Assembly (NCBI RefSeq): GCF_000011465.1
Contig: NC_005072.1
Location: forward strand, 180,001 to 212,000
Reading direction: 5' to 3'
Length of the DNA stretch: 32,000 nt
Source of the DNA: Prochlorococcus marinus subsp. pastoris str. CCMP1986
GTDB taxonomy: Bacteria; Cyanobacteriota; Cyanobacteriia; PCC-6307; Cyanobiaceae
Shown: positions 27,261 to 32,000 of the stretch, in pieces
Position numbering within the stretch: position 1 is the first letter of the stretch
Layout: each line of letters starts with the position of its first letter
Translations under genes and position numbers: made by a program
Notes under the pieces: generated by a model
Database searches by the model: none
Seen by the model: the letters and a program-made list of their open reading frames with translations, nothing else
What the model was told of the DNA's origin: nothing

Positions 27261-28916
27261 TTAGGCTAATTCATTTAAAGCAGCTTCTAAAGCTTCTTTC
27301 CTTGTCTCAATTATTCCATCAACCCCAAATTTGGATAATCTTTCTTTGACTTTTTCATTAGCTCCAGCTACAAATGCTTTTCTAGAATTATTTTTAGCTT
27401 CTTGCATCATATCTTCAATTGCAAGTGTAGCTGTCACTCCAACTCTAGGGACATCAGTGATATCTAAGATTAAAATTTTATAGTTTCTTACTAACATCAT
27501 TCTCTCTGTAATACCTTTTGCTGCACCAAAACTTAGTGGGCCTTTAAGTCTAAATAACATTACTTCTCCAGAACATCTATCAAGAAGAGCTTTTTCATCA
27601 GAGGGTAAAAGATTTTTACTTTGCTCATTATCCTCAGATAAAGGATTATCCTGATCCATTCCTTCTAGTTGCGTTTCAGTTATTGAATCAATGGTTAGCA
27701 TATTTGCAATAAATACTCCAACTAATACTGCCCATATTAAATCCCAAAAAACTGTCATTAGTAATACACCATACATAACAACTGCAGTTTTAAGAGATAA
27801 TTTGTGAGCTCTTCTCAAGAATCCCCAATCAATAATATCCAAACCTACTTTAATAAGAATGCCTGCTAAAAGAGCTGTAGGTATTTGCTCTGCTAAAGGT
27901 CCAGCGCCTACTAAAACTATTAATAGAACTACTGAATGAACCATTCCTGAAATAGGAGTAGAGCCTCCAGATTTAACATTTATAACAGTTCTCATTGTCG
28001 CCCCAGCTCCAGGTAAACCTGAAAATAGTCCAGCTATAGCATTTCCTATTCCCTGGCCAATTAATTCTCTATCAGAATTATGTCTTGTTTGAGAAATATT
28101 ATCTGCAACTAGAGAGGTGAGTAAAGAGTCAATAGCTCCAAGAACTGCCAGAACTAAGCCAGCCTTGAAAATGATAGGAAAGTATTGATTAAAGCTTGGA
28201 AAGCTTAGAGATGGCACTCCTCTAGGTATTTCACCAATTCTGTCTAATGCACCATCGCCAAAAATTAAAATTGATAGTGGAGTCACTATTAATAAGGCTA
28301 GAAGAGGGGAGGGTACCCATTGGCTAATTTTTCTAGGTGTTAGAAATACTATGCTTAGTGTCATTATTGCCACACCAATAGCAGCTCCATTCGGTTGGAA
28401 ATTAGAAAAAACAGTTGATAAAGACTCGACTACGCCTCCTCGGGTACTTATTCCTAATAGTGGACCAATCTGAAGAGCAATTATTATAACTCCTATGCCA
28501 GACATAAATCCGGAGACCACAGAATATGGAACAAGCGTTATATATTTACCAAGCTTTAAAATTCCAAACAATATTTGTAATAAGCCTCCAATTACTACTG
28601 CAGCCATGACTAAAGGTAAAATTTGACCTGCTGAAAGATCTCTAGGTACACCAACAGCTGCTAAACCTGCTACAACTCCTGCGACTGTTACGCTCATTGG
28701 ACCAGTTGGACCACTAACTTGAGCGGGAGTGCCCCCAAATAAAGCTGCTAAAAAACCAACAACAACTGCTCCATATAAACCGTAAATTGCACCCCCAGGT
28801 CCTAAGGCTGCGTTTCCAAAAGCAAGTGCAAGAGGTAAAGCTACTACTGCAGCTGTTATTCCTCCTAAAATATCACCCCTTATATTCTTAAGATTAAATC
28901 CATTAATTATTTCCAA
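27261..28916 (-). CDS. bicA: SulP-family anion transporter with C-terminal STAS domain, BicA-like
   Basis: 551-aa ORF. N-terminal SulP signature (DILGGITAAVVALPLALAFG), about 10-12 TM segments rich in Gly/Ala, and a C-terminal STAS domain (VMLFRLKGPLSFGAAK...ILILDITDVPRVGVTA). It is the first gene of a three-gene same-strand cluster. Confidence 0.88.
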   Translation of the reverse strand: MEIINGFNLKNIRGDILGGITAAVVALPLALAFGNAALGPGGAIYGLYGAVVVGFLAALFGGTPAQVSGPTGPMSVTVAGVVAGLAAVGVPRDLSAGQILPLVMAAVVIGGLLQILFGILKLGKYITLVPYSVVSGFMSGIGVIIIALQIGPLLGISTRGGVVESLSTVFSNFQPNGAAIGVAIMTLSIVFLTPRKISQWVPSPLLALLIVTPLSILIFGDGALDRIGEIPRGVPSLSFPSFNQYFPIIFKAGLVLAVLGAIDSLLTSLVADNISQTRHNSDRELIGQGIGNAIAGLFSGLPGAGATMRTVINVKSGGSTPISGMVHSVVLLIVLVGAGPLAEQIPTALLAGILIKVGLDIIDWGFLRRAHKLSLKTAVVMYGVLLMTVFWDLIWAVLVGVFIANMLTIDSITETQLEGMDQDNPLSEDNEQSKNLLPSDEKALLDRCSGEVMLFRLKGPLSFGAAKGITERMMLVRNYKILILDITDVPRVGVTATLAIEDMMQEAKNNSRKAFVAGANEKVKERLSKFGVDGIIETRKEALEAALNELA

Positions 28917-29143
28917 AGAAAATCTCCTTAAATAAATACATTAACTAGAAGATATTATCTCTTTATGATCAAAATTTGTTAAAAAATTAAATTTGTGAAA
29001 AATATATCAACAACTTTTAAAAATTTTTTTTAAGTATATTAGGTTAATTTTCCTGAACAAAAAAGTATTTTGGTTATTTTTTATGGAAGTCAAGAGACTA
29101 TCGTATTAGTTAAATAATTACTTTATAACTTCAAAATATTCAA

Positions 29144-30145
29144 ATGAATTTGATCATTCGCCCAAGAAGATTGAGAAGGACAGACGCAATAAGAGAGATG
29201 GTAAGAGAAAACCATCTGCATCCTCAAGATTTTATATATCCACTGTTTATTCACGAAAAGGATTTCCAAGAAGAAATATCTGCAATGCCTGGTATTTATA
29301 GATGGGACATGAATGGATTAATTAAGGAAGTTTCTAGAGCCTGGGAATTAGGTATTAGATGTATTGTACTTTTTCCAAAAATTGACGATAGTTTAAAAAC
29401 AGAAGACGGATCAGAATGTTTCAATGAAGCTGGTTTAATACCTAAGGCTATTCGAATATTAAAAAAAGAGATCCCTGAGATGGCAATTATGACTGATGTT
29501 GCCTTAGATCCCTATTCATGTGATGGACATGATGGCTTGGTTGATGACAATGGAAAAATATTGAATGATGAAACCATTGAGATTCTGAAAAAACAGGCTA
29601 TTACTCAAGCAAGAGCGGGAGCAGATTTTATTGGTCCAAGTGACATGATGGATGGGAGAGTTGGAGCTATAAGAACTGCTTTGGATATTGAGGGATTTAG
29701 CGATGTGGGAATTATTAGCTATACCGCAAAATTTTCATCTGCTTATTATGGTCCTTTTAGAACAGCATTAGATTCTGCCCCGAAAGAGAATAATAGGAAA
29801 ATAATTCCAGATAATAAATCAACATATCAAATGGATCCTGCTAACTCTAGGGAGGCTTTAATTGAATCGGCATTAGATCAATATGAGGGTGCAGATATTT
29901 TGATGGTTAAGCCTGGTGTCTCTTATCTAGACATAGTTTATCGGCTGAGTACTTTTTCAAATAAACCAATAGCTGCTTATAACGTGAGTGGAGAATATTC
30001 AATGGTAAAGGCTGCTGCTATGAAAAATTGGATTAATGAAAAGGATATTGTTTTAGAAACATTGCTTAGTTTTAAAAGAGCAGGGGCAAAATTAATACTC
30101 ACCTATCATGCTTGTGATGCATCAAAATGGTTGAATGAGAAGTAA
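29144..30145 (+). CDS. hemB: porphobilinogen synthase (5-aminolevulinate dehydratase), aspartate-rich (Mg-type) metal site
   Basis: 333-aa ORF. RPRRLRR N-terminus. Active-site lysines in YTAKFSS and LMVKPG. The metal region DVALDPYSCDGHDG is the Asp-rich plant/cyanobacterial type rather than the Cys-rich Zn type. Confidence 0.96.
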   Translation: MNLIIRPRRLRRTDAIREMVRENHLHPQDFIYPLFIHEKDFQEEISAMPGIYRWDMNGLIKEVSRAWELGIRCIVLFPKIDDSLKTEDGSECFNEAGLIPKAIRILKKEIPEMAIMTDVALDPYSCDGHDGLVDDNGKILNDETIEILKKQAITQARAGADFIGPSDMMDGRVGAIRTALDIEGFSDVGIISYTAKFSSAYYGPFRTALDSAPKENNRKIIPDNKSTYQMDPANSREALIESALDQYEGADILMVKPGVSYLDIVYRLSTFSNKPIAAYNVSGEYSMVKAAAMKNWINEKDIVLETLLSFKRAGAKLILTYHACDASKWLNEK

Positions 30146-30200
30146 AAACTCATTAAAGTTAAAAAATTTGTTTATTCTTATATAAATATTATTAATTATT

Positions 30201-30593
30201 TTGCTTTTAAAAAGTTCAAAAGGTGTCCAAAGAATCGGACATATTGCACTTAGAGTAGAAAATCTAGATAGAGCTAAGTCTTTTTATTTGAATTTAGGTA
30301 TGCAATTAATTTGGGATGATAAAGATTGGTGCTATCTGGAGGCTGGTAAAGGGAAAGATGGACTTGCTTTATTGGGGACTAGTTATAAAGCAGCTGGTCC
30401 ACATTTTGCTTTTCATTTCGAAGATAAAAAGGAAGTGGAAAATATTTATTCAGATTTAAAAAAATCTGGAGTGAAAGTTGCACCTATTCATGAACATCGA
30501 GATGGAACGGCTTCTTTTTATATGCAAGATACAGAAGGTAACTGGCTTGAAATGCTTTATGTTCCTGCCGGTGGGATTAAATCAAATATTTGA
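30201..30593 (+). CDS. VOC-family (glyoxalase/bleomycin-resistance/dioxygenase fold) protein
   Basis: 130-aa ORF starting at TTG; there is no in-frame ATG until codon 33, so the start is uncertain. It shows the typical VOC pattern IGHIALRVENLDRAKSFY, HFAFHF and FYMQDTEGNWLE. Confidence 0.78.
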   Translation: MLLKSSKGVQRIGHIALRVENLDRAKSFYLNLGMQLIWDDKDWCYLEAGKGKDGLALLGTSYKAAGPHFAFHFEDKKEVENIYSDLKKSGVKVAPIHEHRDGTASFYMQDTEGNWLEMLYVPAGGIKSNI

Positions 30594-30606
30594 TTATTTC
30601 GATTGA

Positions 30607-32000
30607 ATGATAGAGAAAAGTCATTATAAAAATTCATCCGCTCATAGATCACTTTCAGAAGAATCTATAAGTCTTTTAGAATGGGATAATTTAAAAATTC
30701 AGCTCTCCTCTTTTGCTTCTACAAAAATGGGAGAAAATGCAATATTAGAGTCTGAGATTCCTACTGAATATGAAATTTCCAGAAGATTATTGCAAGAAAC
30801 TATCGAAATAAATGAGTTAGAAAAGACCTTAGATAAATCTATTAGTTTTTCAGGTGTATTTGATATAAGTAAAAATATTGAGATTTGTTCAAAAGGAGGG
30901 GTTATTAATTCTTCTGAATTATTAGAAATAGCAGAAACAATATCTGCGGCAAAAGATTTAAAAAAAATACTCTTAGATTTTGAGGCAAGACCTTTTATTT
31001 CTTCTTTTTTAAATCGTTTAATTGATCATAATCAAATTGAAAAAATTCTAAAAAATGGTATTGAATCAAATGGTAGAATTTCCGATCGAGCTAGTCAGAA
31101 ATTAGCTAATCTTAGACAAGATTTATTATCTAAGAAATCAGAAAGAAGGATATTAGTAGATAAATTTATTCAAAAAAATATTAATTATATTCAAGATACT
31201 ATTATTGGTGATAGATATGGGAGACCTGTTGTAGCTATAAAAGTACAATTTGGTGAGAAATTCAAAGGTATAATTCATGATTCTTCTGCATCAGGAAATA
31301 CCATATATTTGGAGCCAGAATCTATTGTATTTAAGGGTAATAAAATTGCTTCAATGGAAGCCAGAGTAGCAGGAGAAGAATTTAAATTATTAAAAGAATG
31401 GTCACAAATTGTTAGTGATAATGATAAAAGCCTTATTGAAATGTCAGATATTCTATTGAGAACTGAGCATGCTCTTATACGTTCAAGATATTCAAATTGG
31501 ATTGGAGGTAATGCTCCAATTGTTGAGAATAATCCAATAGTTAATTTAATAGGTTTTTCGCATCCTCTTTTGATTTGGGAAAATAAAAAAAAAGAAGCTC
31601 CCAAACCAGTATCTATAGATTTTCATATAAATAGAAATACTAAGGTAGTAGCCATAACGGGTCCTAATACTGGAGGCAAAACTGTTGCTTTAAAAGGTCT
31701 TGGAATAGCATTATTAATGGCTAGATCGGGATTATTTATTCCATCAATAAAAAATCCAATTATCCCTTTTTGTCCAAATATATTTGTGGATATTGGTGAT
31801 GATCAATCCTTGGAGGGAAATCTATCTACTTTCAGTGGGCATATTTTGCGTATTAGAAATATTCTGGAATCTCTTAATAATAAAAAGGGGCTATCAGTTG
31901 TTTTATTAGATGAAATAGGATCTGGGACTGATCCCTCTGAAGGTACCGCTCTTGCAATCGCATTACTAAAAGAATTCGCAACCCTATCTGATATAACTCT
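30607..32000 (+). CDS. mutS2: endonuclease MutS2 (partial; continues past window end)
   Basis: My own translation from ATG 30607 runs stop-free to the window end (~464 codons). It contains the MutS ATPase Walker A ITGPNTGGKT, STFSGH and LLDEIGSGTDPSEG. It is absent from the supplied ORF track because no stop codon lies inside the window. Confidence 0.9.
   Translation, partial: MIEKSHYKNSSAHRSLSEESISLLEWDNLKIQLSSFASTKMGENAILESEIPTEYEISRRLLQETIEINELEKTLDKSISFSGVFDISKNIEICSKGGVINSSELLEIAETISAAKDLKKILLDFEARPFISSFLNRLIDHNQIEKILKNGIESNGRISDRASQKLANLRQDLLSKKSERRILVDKFIQKNINYIQDTIIGDRYGRPVVAIKVQFGEKFKGIIHDSSASGNTIYLEPESIVFKGNKIASMEARVAGEEFKLLKEWSQIVSDNDKSLIEMSDILLRTEHALIRSRYSNWIGGNAPIVENNPIVNLIGFSHPLLIWENKKKEAPKPVSIDFHINRNTKVVAITGPNTGGKTVALKGLGIALLMARSGLFIPSIKNPIIPFCPNIFVDIGDDQSLEGNLSTFSGHILRIRNILESLNNKKGLSVVLLDEIGSGTDPSEGTALAIALLKEFATLSDIT

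Noticed and set aside
29034-29047. Near-NtcA site GTAtattaggtTAA upstream of the bicA-like operon
   Set aside because: One half-site is imperfect (TAA rather than TAC). The nearest TAN3T box on the operon strand is about 26-28 nt away, outside the usual 20-24 nt spacing. This is too weak to call.
31275-31604. 109-aa minus-strand ORF listed in the track
   Set aside because: It lies antisense within the stop-free mutS2 frame, which carries clear MutS motifs. The minus-strand product has no recognisable features.

Overview
This window is strongly AT-rich and very gene-dense: only about 1.9 kb of 32 kb lies outside my CDS calls. I read it as core chromosome of a marine picocyanobacterium. Gene content, gene order and the protein sequences look like a high-light-adapted Prochlorococcus marinus; this is recognition-based inference, no search was run. 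I call 30 protein-coding genes, all housekeeping or broadly conserved. In order they are nadC, mnmE, a DUF2062 membrane protein, spoT/rel, a tandem-NBD ABC ATPase, rluD, rbgA/ylqF, pgk, an exported hypothetical, murG, a CobD/HisC-type aminotransferase, pyrD and rnhA. Next comes a clpB paralogue followed by the secE-nusG-rplK-rplA-rplJ-rplL cluster, then eno and an ABC1/UbiB kinase with a translationally coupled small ORF. The rest are a thioredoxin-reductase-like flavoprotein, a bicA-like/sbtA-like/PII-like operon, hemB, a VOC/glyoxalase protein, and the first ~464 codons of mutS2. The mutS2 ORF is open at the window end and is therefore missing from the supplied ORF track. I saw no rRNA, tRNA, CRISPR array, transposase/integrase, phage or defence-type genes, and no long repeats. 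I do not find a convincing novel multi-gene system. This looks like an ordinary core region. The items most worth a second look are listed here.
- A tight SulP + short SbtA-like + truncated PII-like inorganic-carbon module.
- A TrxR-like flavoprotein whose NADPH-binding motifs are visibly degenerate (FFTR/DTR type).
- An RNase HI with an unexplained ~90-aa C-terminal domain.
- A 192-nt structured leader before rplJ.
- Two perfect GTA-N8-TAC (NtcA-type) palindromes in divergent promoter regions.
Most of these match known biology rather than something undescribed, and the regulatory-site calls are hypotheses.
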